This document shows positions 44,063-57,046 of a DNA stretch of 64,000 nucleotides, piece by piece. Both the position numbers and the translations under genes were made by a program. The stretch's first letter is position 1. Each line of letters opens with the position of its first letter. Under the pieces are notes generated by a model. That model did no database searches. It was not told where the DNA came from and was given only the letters and a program-made list of their open reading frames with translations. Origin of the DNA: Ranitomeya imitator. Its lineage: Eukaryota. Where the stretch lies: contig NC_091283.1 of the NCBI RefSeq assembly GCF_032444005.1, positions 54,002,001-54,066,000 of the forward strand. The letters are read 5' to 3'.

Positions 44063-44725
44063 TTATTCAGTCACTATGTGGTGGTAGTATATGGTCTGGT
44101 CATGGTGTGGCATATTTGTCCCCTGTATAATTCGGTCGCTATGTGGTGGTAATATGTGATTTGGTCATGGTGTGGCATCTTTGTCCCCTGTATTATTCAG
44201 TCGCTATGTGGTGGGAATATGCGATTTGGTCATGGTGTGGCGTATTCGTCCCCTGTATTATTCGGTCGCTATGTGGTGGCAATATGTGATTTGGTCATGG
44301 TGTGGTATATTTGTCCCCTGTATTATTCAGTCACTATGTGGTCGTAATATGTGATTTGGTCATGGTCTGGCGTATTTGTCCCCTGTATTATTCAGTCACT
44401 ATGTGGTGGTAATATGTGATTTGGTCATGGCGTGGCGTATTTGTCCCCTGTATTAATCGGTCACTATGTGGTAGTAATATGTGGTCTGGTCATGGTGTGG
44501 CGTATTTGTCCCCTGTATTATTCGGTCGCTATGTGGTGGGAATATGTGATTTGGTCATGGTGTGGCATGTTTGTCCCCTGTATTATTATTCGGTCGCTAT
44601 ATGGTGGTAATATTTGATTTGGTCATGGTCTGGTGTATTTGTCCCCTGTATTATTCGGTCACTATGTGGTAGTAATATGTGGTCTGGTCATGGTGTGGAG
44701 GTGTTTGTACCTTGTATGTGGTATT
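44063..44725. repeat. ~65-bp tandem repeat (~10 copies) related to the 73/78-bp repeat
   Basis: Unit CCCCTGTATTATTCAGTCACTATGTGGTGGTAATATGTGATTTGGTCATGGTGTGGCATATTTGT; equivalent ORF starts are 260 bp (4 x 65) apart. Confidence 0.9.
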
Positions 44726-46340
44726 AATTGGTCTTGGTATAGTGGATTGTGTTGTGCATGGAGGACACTTGTTCTCTCAGATATCAATAAGGGGAAGATT
44801 CTTTATTTACATTAGAGATTAATTACTTGGACGTCTCCCTGTCCTGTGACTGTTACACAGTAACAAATATGCACTTTCAGAGGTTCTCTGGCGAAAACAA
44901 GTATGGTAAGCCAAAACTAGCAGTAGGAGATAAATACAGAAGTGGTGACGTGTTTCTATTCTACTTTTCCTCTGACTTTTCCACTCCAGGTTTTGGCTTA
45001 CAAATACTGATGTAAAATACTGAACGTGTGCACGTGGCCTGATGATAAGTGGTAACTTATTGATTGGTGGAGGTCTGACATGTGGGACCCGCACTGATCG
45101 GCAGTATGTGGAACTTTTATCACCATTAGAATGGAGCGCATGTGCGACTCGACCACTGATCCATTCATTCCCTCAGTGGCTGCACTTGTTTTTTTCTGGA
45201 AGCCCCAAATAGCAGGAATGAAGCTGCGGACAGATATCCCACCTGACGTTGCAGTTTAAAATGGGTATAAAAGTTCCCCATTCTTCAGATCACTGCGGTT
45301 TCCAATGGTTGGATTTTTCCAAACGTGGCCGGTGGGTCTGTGGAAGGTTTGAGGGGTGGAGGCGGAGCTGGGATGGAGCTTGGGCGGAGCCTCAAGGGGG
45401 CCCAAAAATGTTGCCCTAAAATTCCTGGTGGCAGCCCTGCTTTGGGTCCTCGGCACCTCTTCATTTCCCCTTCCCCAGTCGCGGGCATCTTCTTTGGGCT
45501 CTCCCGGGTCCGATGTGACCGCGCACCATGTCTTCGCGTGTGACATCACAACATGTGAAAGGCCTAGTTGAATTGTAATTCCTGATCCCAGAGCGATGAG
45601 GCCAAAGAGGAATGAATGGGAAAATAACGATGGGGGAAGGGAAAAAGAAGAGGCGCAAGAAACTGGACGATGGAATGGGTGGAGAGTGAGGTATTATCTA
45701 ACCTTTTCCCTGGCCCATTACTGTGAAGCGAAACGATAGCTTCAGCCAGGAGCAAAAAACTCCGTACTCTGGCGATTCACCCATCTCTAATGTTCACCTA
45801 TAGGACTGTCCCCTCCAATAGGGGGCACTATAGACACCATTCTCTTCCTATAAAAGGGCCTATTGAATATTTTATTTCCCAGAAAGCATGGCTTGGCCTA
45901 GATGCCTCCTTAAGGCGAAACCTAACCAATTAACTCAACTCTCACCCAGCCGACTAATCTCCTGCTTTGAACATGGTGGAGGCCAAGGTCCCGAAACAGC
46001 TGTATACAAGTGGAAATTTCAGTTTGGCTTCCCACCCTGTTTTTTTTAAAGGGATGGTATTGATTTATAAGAATGCTACTTCCAATAGGAGATACCGGAG
46101 AACCAGTTCTCGCCCTCCGTGCAGGTTAGTCCGGTCGGATGATCAGATTTCAGCAGCTAAGTGGCCAAAGTTTGGAGTAAACTTCTCTATAGTGACATTT
46201 GTTAATTGAAAAATGAATTTCCCTTTAATGTTTAATTATTATCGTCTATTGACCTTGATTTGGCCAAAATGAATGAACTGTTCCCTTTTAGTAGATTTTC
46301 ATCCCCCAGATATAATCGTCATCGTTTTAGGGATACTTAC

Positions 46341-46458
46341 GACTACATTCTTCATCCGCACAAAGCTTCCTGTCTGCAAGTTTGGGCATTTTCCGGTCAC
46401 CACCAACCAGCCCAAGGAAAGCGCAGAAGAGAACGATCCCCAGCAGTGGCCGGTCCAT
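46341..46458 (-). CDS. MIA: MIA exon 1 (118 nt), signal peptide; whole CDS 387 nt = 128 aa
   Basis: MDRPLLGIVLFCAFLGLVGGDRKMPKLADRKLCADEECS, donor C|GTAAGT; MPKLADRKLCAD matches human MIA. Not present in the supplied ORF track. Confidence 0.95.
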
Positions 46459-46734
46459 GTCTGCGCTGCGCTGCTGCCTCCAGACACTGGACAGCCGCAG
46501 CTCGGCAGCAGGACTGTCAGCCAGAGCTCAGGAACCTGCTTCACGTCACCTCCCCACCTCTTTTTTTTCCATTTCAACTGCTAAGAGTTGGTGAAGGCAT
46601 TTCTTACCGCAAAATCCTATTTTTCAGAAAAAAAATAAAAAATTTTTTAAAGGACCATTACCCATAAACTTTAATACATGGGATAGAAAAATTGCAATTG
46701 TCATGAATTGAATTGAGAATAATGTAATGACTAA

Positions 46735-47345
46735 ATTCCCCTGAAGATGCGGCAAAGGAGGGAAACAATTTTGGGAAAAGTGTTTTGAGCTTATAATTTT
46801 GCTAATATTGCAAACTTATTAAATTTCGGTGTGCCCTGTGTGCTGTTTTATATTCACCGATTTCCTGTAGTGATTATATTCTCAGCGAGCACATGTCTAG
46901 AACAAACGCTACAGGACAACCTTTAAAAAAACACAAAATTACAAAGCTACAAACATTTCCTCCCAGTGTTTCGCTGCTGTGCATTGTCCTCAAGGGAACT
47001 GGACATAAAGTAGATGACCCAATACCCCTGAAGATGCTGCATAGCAGCGAAACATATTGGAATGAAGTGTTTGGAGCTTAGAATACTGCTAACTAATACA
47101 TTTGCAATGCCCTATGTGTTGCTTTATATTCATGAATTTATGTTAGCCGTTCTGTTGGCACCGAATTCATAATGTTCTCAACAATAAAAACACAGGACAG
47201 CCTATCAAAAACTATTATAAAGCTCCATACATTTCTTCCCAACGTTTCGCTTCTATAAAGCATCTTCAAGGGATTTGGGAATAATGTAGATGGCCCAATA
47301 CCCCTGAAGACGCTGCATAGCAGCGAAACATATTGATAAGAAGTG
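46735..47345. ncRNA. Decayed ~280-bp units carrying hammerhead-ribozyme-like motifs on both strands
   Basis: CTGAAGA...GAAAC on the + strand at 46741, 47028 and 47304; TTGA(A/G)GA...GAAAC on the minus strand at ~46961-46997 and 47237-47273; stems found by eye. Confidence 0.5.
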
Positions 47346-47911
47346 TTTGGAGACAGTTTTTAATAGCCTGTCCTGTGTTTACTATATTTTACACAAGACA
47401 GTAAATTAATGCGCAAACCTATGCCGGCCCATGCGTAGATTCAAATTTTTGGCATGTGCCTCCAAATAAACCAGGCGCTTTTTACACCACCGCGTTTTTG
47501 TTTTGTTCTGCCATTAAAGTACACCAGTCTTAATAAATCTCTTCCAAAGTGTCAAAGAAAGTTGTAGAACTTGTTATTACACAGCCAGCTGAGTCTTGCT
47601 ACCCAAATCACAGGCAGCATGAATCAGAGCCCGGTTCCATAATTTCAGGCATGTTTTACCCTGAACCGCTGCAGATATAGATGTGTACAATCCAGGAGAC
47701 GGTCTACGAGTCTTGCTGCCCAAAACATCAGGTTCCCTTTAATAAAACTTTAGTATCTACCACTTGACAATCCCTTTATAAGAGGACTGTATGTAATACA
47801 AAGAATTCCAGTGATTAGAGCTGAGCTGCAATACCAGACACAACCTATAGACGAGAGTGGCGCTGTTTCTACAGGAAAGCAGCCATGCTTTTTCATATTC
47901 CGTACACTCAC

Positions 47912-48047
47912 TCGTCTTTTTCCTAGTGAGCAGACCGCTCTTCTTGGTCTTTTTGCCCGATCACATTACTTTTTTCTCTCCTGTAGATTGAGTCCATCAC
48001 TTTACATGATTCATACTGATGCCGACAAATAGTGACGCGGCTTCAGC
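47912..48047 (-). other. Candidate non-coding exon (136 nt) upstream of MIA
   Basis: ~60-nt pyrimidine tract, then TTGTCTAG|GCTG...ACGA|GTGAGT; stop codons in all three frames. Confidence 0.4.
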
Positions 48048-48194
48048 CTAGACAAGATGAAGACGAGAGGCGGAAGACGCAGAGGGGGGATCGTAAGAAC
48101 GAGGAAGAGAAATAACCGACACCCCCCCAAGAGCATTCACCATTCTTCATACATTTCAGTTTGGATTGTGAAATAGAATCAGAGAAAAGTTGAC

Positions 48195-49792
48195 TTATCT
48201 ACTGTATATAGAGGTGTTATCAGTCATTATACGGGAGGAGGAGGTGAGCTGTGACATCACCTATTGTGAATGGTGGATCCTGTATTACCTACTGTATATA
48301 GAGGTGTTATCAGTCATTGTACAGGAGGTGAGCTGTGACATCCCCTATTGTGAATGGTGAATCCTGTGTTATCTACTGTATATAGAGGTGTTATCAGTCA
48401 TTGTACAGGAGGAGGTGAGCTGTGACATCACCTACTGTGAATGGTGGATCCTGTGTTATCTACTGTATATAGAGGGGTTATCAGTCATTGTACAGGAGGA
48501 GGAGGTGAGCTGTGACATTCCCTATTGTGAATGGTGGATCCTGTGTTATCTACTGTATATAAAGGTGTTATCAGTCATTGTACAGGAGGAGGAGGGGAGC
48601 TGTGACATCTATTGTGAATGGTGGATCCTGTGTTATCTACTGTATATAGAGGGGTTATCAGTCATTGTACAGGAGGAGGAGGTGAGCTGTGACATTCCCT
48701 ATTGTGAATGGTGGATCCTGTGTTATCTACTGTATATAAAGGTGTTATCAGTCATTGTACAGGAGGAGGAGGGGAGCTGTGACATCTATTGTGAATGGTG
48801 GATCCTGTGTTATCTACTGTATATAGAGGTGCTATCAGTCATTGTACAGGAGGAGGAGGTGAGCTGTGACATTCCCTATTGTGAATGGTGGATCCTGTGT
48901 TATCTACTGTATATAGAGGTGCTATCAGTCATTGTACAGGAGGAGGAGGTGAGCTGTGACATCAACTATTGTGAATGGTGGATCCTGTGTTATCTACTGT
49001 ATATAGAGGTGTTATCAGTCATTGTACAGGAGGAGGAGGGGAGCTGTGACATCTATTGTGAATGGTGGATCCTGTGTTATCTACTGTATATAGAGGTGCT
49101 ATCAGTCATTGTACAGTAGGAGGAGGTGAGCTGTGACATCCCCTATTGTGAATGGTGAATCCTGTGTTATCTACTGTATATAGAGGTGTTATCAGTCATT
49201 GTACAGGAAGAGGTGAGCTGTGACATCACCTATTGTGAATGGTGAATCCTGTGTTATCTACTGTATATAGAGGTGTTATCAGTCATTGTACAGGAGGTGA
49301 GCTGTGACATCACCTACTGTGAATGGTGGATCCTGTGTTATCTACTGTATATAGAGGGGTTATCAGTCATTGTACAGGAGGAGGAGGTGAGCTGTGACAT
49401 TCCCTATTGTGAATGGTGGATCCTGTGTTATCTACTGTATATAAAGGTGTTATCAGTCATTGTACAGGAGGAGGAGGGGAGCTGTGACATCTATTGTGAA
49501 TGGTGGATCCTGTGTTATCTACTGTATACAGAGGTGCTATCAGTCATTGTACAGGAGGAGGAGGTGAGCTGTGACATTCCCTATTGTGAATGGTGGATCC
49601 TGTGTTATCTACTGTATATAGAGGTGCTGTCAGTCATTGTACAGGAGGAGGAGGTGAGCTGTGACATTCCCTATTGTGAATGGTGGATCCTGTGTTATCT
49701 ACTGTATATAGAGGTGCTATCAGTCATTGTACAGGAGGAGGTGAGCTGTGATCTGTGAATTGTGGAGCCAGTATTATCTACTGTATGTAGAG
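48195..49792. repeat. 84-90-bp tandem repeat (~18 copies)
   Basis: Unit TGTGTTATCTACTGTATATAGAGGTGTTATCAGTCATTGTACAG(GAG)nGTGAGCTGTGACATCCCCTATTGTGAATGGTGGATCC; length varies by GAG number and a 3-nt deletion; a variant block recurs ~885 bp apart. Confidence 0.97.
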
Positions 49793-50399
49793 ATCTTACC
49801 TTCATTCCAATCCTGCCTGTGACTGCTGAAAAGTATATGTTTTTTATATAGAAAAAAAAAAGATTTTCTAAATGCTTGTTACCTTATTCCTGACTCTTGG
49901 CATACCTATCGATCAGCAGCAGCGGTCACACACACAGACACGTGTTTTTATTCTCCATTCACACAGACCAGACCACTGTACCCTCGCAACCCGGTAATGA
50001 ATGTTTACATATGAACTCAAATTCATTTTAGCTGATTTTTTCATTAGTATAGTTGGACCCGTCACTGACAGAACAGCAATGTCTACATTTAGTGATGAAG
50101 CCATGAAACTATTAGTGGAGGAGCAGTGCATTAAAAACTATAGATTACTGCAAAAAACTAAATTTATATATGGAACATGTCTAAGTGGGGAATGTGATTT
50201 GTGACATTTGCAAAATTCTAATACTATAGGGTTTTTGTTTTTTATTCCATGTAAAGAAGTCATTGACCGCAGTAATTTTCACTTACACAGTTGTCGCCAA
50301 AGACAAGACAGAAGTGTGTGTTTGCTTCAAGATAATGGAGGTAGCTGGTGTGAAAATGTGTAGATATAAATTATACTAAAATTATGGACAGAGCTTTTA

Positions 50400-50697
50400 G
50401 GCTATGTGCACACGTTCGGGATTTCTTGCAGTAATTTCCTGAGAAAAACCTGAAATTTTCTGCAAGAAATCTGCATGCGTTTTTTGGTGCTTTTTTTGCT
50501 GATTTTTCCGGACATTTCCCAATGCATTATATAGTTGGAAATCCGCAAAATTAATGAACATGCTGCGTTTTTTTAGCGGAAAAAAACGCATCATGTGCAC
50601 AAAAATTGCGGAATTCATTCTAAATGATGGGATGCATAATGTATGCTTTTTTTTTTGCGGTTTTATAGCGAAAAATCAGCAACATGTGCACACAGCC
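50400..50697. mobile_element. Harbinger-type MITE, same TIR family as 43660-44062
   Basis: GGCTATGTGCACACG ... CATGTGCACACAGCC, flanked by TTA and TAA. Confidence 0.85.
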
Positions 50698-50719
50698 TAA
50701 ACTGAAAGTTTAGTAAGAG

Positions 50720-51013
50720 TTAAGGGAGTTGTTCAGTACTTGGACTGCCCCTTCCCAAACTATTTTTCACCCTTGTGAAAAAAAACATCTATACTCTCCT
50801 CCGATGCTATCCTAGCAGTGTCGGCATTGGCTCTCCCAGGGATTGCGTGACATTATGTCACACAATCCTTGAGGCCAAATCAGCGCCGGCTTCACTCTCC
50901 TGCAGGCGAATCACGTCCATCCAGGGGGAGTAAGAGCAAGCCGGTACTGCCAGAGCGAAGGATTGGGGTTATTTTACAGGGAAACATCGGGACAGTTGTG
51001 GACGATCCCATTA
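50720..51013. mobile_element. Decayed T2/Kolobok-like MITE
   Basis: TTAAGGGAGTTGTTCA ... TGGACGATCCCATTA resembles TTAAAGGGGTTGTCC/GGACAACCCCTTTAA termini. Confidence 0.45.
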
Positions 51014-51763
51014 GTTTGTAAAGACCAAGCCTAGGTTCACATATGTGACAAGTTCTGTCATTTTCCTTTGAAAATGGCCAGAAACAAAATTCCCAAACAG
51101 GCCACGTACAGATGTCATCTATCTCCATCATCAGATGGAGCCATTTCTGGCAGGAGTTCCATTAACACCAGGGCAATCTGGAAACAGCTCGGACCCGGCG
51201 CGCGCTCCTGCCCGAAGGAAGCTCTGCCGAGAGCAATATTTGTGACACTTCAAGTTTTCTGCAATTGCAAAAAGGAAGCCGGTAATTCCATATTGAGAAT
51301 CTATCAATGAACCAGTATCCCAGAGGATGGGTCTGAGGGCCATAAATAGGATTCCTCCAGGTAATGGGGAGCCTGCGTGTGTAGGCACTGGCGATACAAG
51401 CAGCACGCCGACAGGATCCCTGCCCCCGGCCTCTGAACACAAAGTGACCACTGTACGTCCCCATCAATGAAACCCTTGTGCCAGCCTGGATCTTGTGTGT
51501 CACGTCTGACTTTATACTGGGTGGTAGGGATTTTTTGGGTTGAGAGTGTAGTTTGACATTTTTTTTTTTTTTTTTTTATTATACATGCCTTCAACTTAGT
51601 ATATTTTTCAATTTAACATCGGTATATAGAGAAAAAAAACAAAAAAAAAAAAAAGCTTTATGCTCACAAGCCAAGGATGGATTTATACGTGCGAATATCT
51701 CTGGCCAAGTACAGGCTTTGGGACCAACTCTAGAGCCCGAGATATGCCACTGTGGCTGATGAA

Positions 51764-52458
51764 GGGGGTATCCACGAATATTATTTTGTGCTATTGAGCC
51801 AAGAACTAACAGGTCTGCAGATGCTACTTACCTGCCCAGCACCGATCTCTGCCGGCACAGATCAGTCACAGACCGCTCTTGTGGCTCCAAGTGACATCAT
51901 CGACAGCGAAAATTCTTTTTCCGCTCCACTGTCATAATAATAATCTTTATTTTTTTTTATATAGCGCTAACATATTCCACAGCGCTTTACAGACATCATC
52001 ATCACTGTCCCCAAAGGGGTTCACAATCTAGATTCCCTATCAGTATGTCTTTGGAATGTGGGAGGAAACCGGAGTACCCGGAGGAAACCCATGCAAACAC
52101 GGAGAGAACCTACAAACCCTTTGCAGATGTTGTCCTAGGTGGGATTTGAACCCAGGGGGTATCCACGATTATTATTTTGTGCTATTGAGCCAAGAACTAA
52201 CAGGTCTGCAGATGCTACTTACCTGCCCAGCACCGATCTCTGCCGGCACAGATCAGTCACAGACCGCTCCTGTGACTTCCAGTGACATCACTGACAGCGC
52301 AAATGTTGATAGACAGCAGAGAACCAGATGCCGTCGACAGAACAAGCCAGAAGAGCTGCTCTGCTATATGAAGACTCAAGAGTGGTCTGTGAATGCTCTG
52401 AGCTGGCAGATAGTTAGCAACTACCTCCATGTAACCTCATCATGGATAACCCCTTTAA
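51764..52458. mobile_element. T2-like MITE with a duplicated left part, interrupted by a SINE
   Basis: GGGGGTATCC left end at 51764 and again at 52155; right end GGATAACCCCT-TTAA at ~52458. Confidence 0.6.
51934..52156 (-). mobile_element. V-SINE-like tRNA-derived SINE (5' truncated)
   Basis: Minus strand: B-box-like GGGTTCAAATCC, core GGGTTTCCTCCGGGTACTCCGGTTTCCTCCCAC, tail GCGCTATAT...(ATT)n. Confidence 0.75.
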
Positions 52459-52989
52459 GTTTGAATCAGGAAACTAGTGAAAATAAATTGTAGAAGGCAA
52501 GAAAATTCCAGCAAGTGTATGTAATATACGAGGCCTTGCAGCTACAACGTACCCTAGGGAGGTGCTGGAATGGGATCAACGAGCTTCCATGCACTGGGAA
52601 CATTACATAAACCCCCTCTACCCAAAACACAAGCCCCTCTTTTTAATCAAGGCATCAGTGGTCTGTCCAGAAACCAGTGTCCTCCGATCGCGACACATGG
52701 GCATCTGAATGCAGCCTTTACGAGGAGTCCAGGTAACAGCACAAGATGCAGAACTGACAGCTGAAATTGTGCTTTGTGGCTGTTCTCATAGCGATCACTG
52801 ACGCAGCGATGGATACACATGATTGGAAATATATAATCCAATTTTATGCCTGGTTCACACAGTGACTATCTCGGATTAGCTCAATGTAATCTTTGTTGTG
52901 CATTAATTTAATTTTTCAAGGATTCACCATGTGCCAAACTTCACAACAATCCGATAAAAATGGAGACAGATACATATAAAAAAAAAAGT

Positions 52990-52995
52990 TTTATT
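52990..52995 (-). terminator. SNRPA poly(A) signal
   Basis: AATAAA on the minus strand, 12 nt downstream of the second PIE box. Confidence 0.85.
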
Positions 52996-52998
52996 CAC

Positions 52999-53044
52999 AA
53001 GCTCCAGGTACAATGTCTGGCATCAGACTCTGGGTGCAATGCTT
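52999..53044 (-). promoter_or_regulatory. U1A polyadenylation inhibition element (PIE; Rfam U1A_PIE family)
   Basis: RNA reads AAGC-AUUGCAC-CCAG-A-GUCUG-AUGC-CAGAC-AUUGUAC-CUGG-A-GCUU; two U1A boxes in paired internal loops. Confidence 0.93.
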
Positions 53045-53242
53045 CTGATGCATATAAAAACGAGACCGTGCCATACTCACCAACACGAGCCAACGCTGGA
53101 TGAGAGTTCAGCACTCAATAATGGCTCCAAATTAAATTAAAAAGTCCAATCAGTATTTGCTGCGGCCCAATTACAAAACAAGTCAGTGGTTTTACGGGAA
53201 CAGGCGGACGCTTGCGATTCTCCTACACCCGAGGGTGCACGA

Positions 53243-53402
53243 TTACTTCTTAGCAAAGGAAATCTTCATGGAGTTGCTCTGGGTGATCTTGAATCCTTGT
53301 AGAGACTCTCGGGCAGCAGCTGCCTGGACTTCATTGTCAAATTCCACAAAGGCAATGTCGTGACGCCCAGGGACGAGGCGGACTTCTTTGAAGCCAGGGA
53401 AC
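53243..53402 (-). CDS. SNRPA: SNRPA exon 6 coding part (160 nt), RRM2 C-terminus
   Basis: T-run then AAAG|G; (Q)[52 protein letters not shown]. Confidence 0.97.
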
Positions 53403-53576
53403 CTTTAAAAAAAAAAAAAAAATATTGTTGAGCTTTAAGAAATGAACCAATGTGGCAGGAATCATATACTAGACAGCGATAAGTACTATATGGCCAAAAA
53501 TCAAGGTCATTTTTAGAAATGCAAAAATACGAAAGTGATAGCCTCCGAGACCAGGAGAGGGCGCTAGAGATACTCA

Positions 53577-53699
<123 letters not shown>

Positions 53700-54097
53700 T
53701 CATCGATTATAGAGGTACAATACAGAAGACGACTGCATAAAACAGATGAAACATAAAAGGGGCTGCCCACAGCTGCTGTAAAGACATGCGATGGTGTACC
53801 AGCACTAATCCGTGTGCGTTGAGATGGCAGATGCCCCACACAATGAGGAGGTGAGATCTTCCACTGCATGGGGCAATGTAACACCCTACCAGTTGGGTGG
53901 TACCAAGTGCAGCAAAGGAGCAAAATGCTTAAAGGAACCTTCCTTCCAGGGATTCCTCTGTGTGGCACAGGTCAGACCCCTTTATGCTGTGGCATAATAT
54001 TTTATGAGTGGCAGATTGGCTCATGCCCTAGTGATGGTGGCACAAATCTCTTCTGCACAATGTTGAATTAAAGACACACAAGTCGTAGTCTGCTCAC

Positions 54098-54277
54098 CTG
54101 TTGCATAGGTGCCATTTGTCCTGGCATCATCTGCCCATGTTGCATACCACCTGGCGGCATCTGTCCTGGACCCATTCCTGGTGGTGGCATCATGCCGGGA
54201 TGGTGCATATATGGTGACTGTCCAGCCATATGCATCATACGCGGGGCCTGGTTCATTCCAGGGATGTTTTGCATTCC
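54098..54277 (-). CDS. SNRPA: SNRPA exon 4 (180 nt), Pro/Met/Gly-rich linker
   Basis: TTTCTCTTTAG|GGA...CAG|GTGAGC; [17 protein letters not shown]...QMAPMQQ. Confidence 0.95.
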
Positions 54278-54350
54278 CTAAAGAGAAAAGAAGATTTAGA
54301 AGACAGATCCAAAACAAAAGCAGCAAGAAAACATCAGTAAGAGAACTCAC

Positions 54351-54524
54351 TGGCATCTGCCCTGGTAGGCCTTGCACCATGGGAGCGCCAGGAACAATCT
54401 TCTTGGCAGCGGAAGCTTCCAGCCCCTTGACTTTCCTCTTCTCCTGTCTTTTACGGTCTCTCTCCACAAATGTCCCTTTAATTTTAGCTATAATGTCGGA
54501 GTCAGACTTTGCATATTGTATTCT
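54351..54524 (-). CDS. SNRPA: SNRPA exon 3 (174 nt)
   Basis: TTTTAG|AGA...CCA|GTGAGT; [31 protein letters not shown]...GQMP. Confidence 0.96.
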
Positions 54525-54621
54525 CTAAAAGAAGAAGAAAAAAAAAAATAACTCTGGATTACTTAGATATTTCTCAGATTACAGCCGACGGCAGAATGGG
54601 TCAGCGATTCCCCTATATTAA

Positions 54622-56279
<1,658 letters not shown>

Positions 56280-57046
56280 TTAGAGCGCCACTAACTAAAC
56301 CATTCATAGGACCCCGGTCAATTGGCCATTTTATCAGGTGCCCTGTGTACGGCTCTCACCCGACGGCATACATGGATCTTTGCACTAGCTGGCCTGACAT
56401 GACACGGCACTAGGCAAGTCAAAAGAAAAACGATGGAGGCCGGCAGGTCCCCAGTCTACGAGCCACAGATGGAATGGGATTTCCAAACCAATGTGCACCA
56501 ACCGTAACATTTTATTTTAGATGCTCATTGAGAGATCCTGAGAATTCACAAAAATAAATAACCTGAAAGCCATTGGCTCTAGCTAATGCCAGACTAAAAA
56601 GTCTCAGTGGTTTTGATACTGGAAAATTTACTAAATCGCGTTATACAGGAGAGGGTTAATAGCGGGACTGAGGACATTAAGATTTTATAGCTCTGAAGAT
56701 AATGCAGAGAGAAGAGAACATCAACCCTGAGGAATAAGGACGCTACGCTTCGTCCTTCCCACCCAAGCGACGGCAACAGCAGCTACTCCATTGTGTGTTA
56801 GAGCAGAAGGGAAAAATTGTGGAGCCCGGACCACCTTCCCCTCCCAAAATACCATCACACGGAGAATGAGGGTGTATGGAGCAGACTCAGGAGCTGAACC
56901 CGCTCTGTTCTGGGACGGTGCCTGCTGTGCCACATGTGGGGTACGTCATAAGTCCTCCAAAGTGGCCTTATTAAAAAAAAAGTCACAGCCAGACTAGCAA
57001 ACAAGAATCCTTCCATAGACTGAAACACACACACACTACACACACA

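Noticed and set aside
48388-49758. Cys/Trp-rich repeat ORFs (243 and 161 aa) whose indels are all multiples of 3
   Set aside because: Frame preservation follows from GAG-triplet slippage and a 90-bp unit. Starts are GTG, an in-frame TAG interrupts the array, and there are no splice signals.
51068-51503. Overlapping 80-113 aa ORFs between SNRPA and MIA
   Set aside because: No recognisable homology or convincing splice sites.
56725-56760. CCCTGAGGA followed by a hairpin (AAGGACG/CGTCCTT) as another hammerhead
   Set aside because: The GAAA core and stem III are missing.
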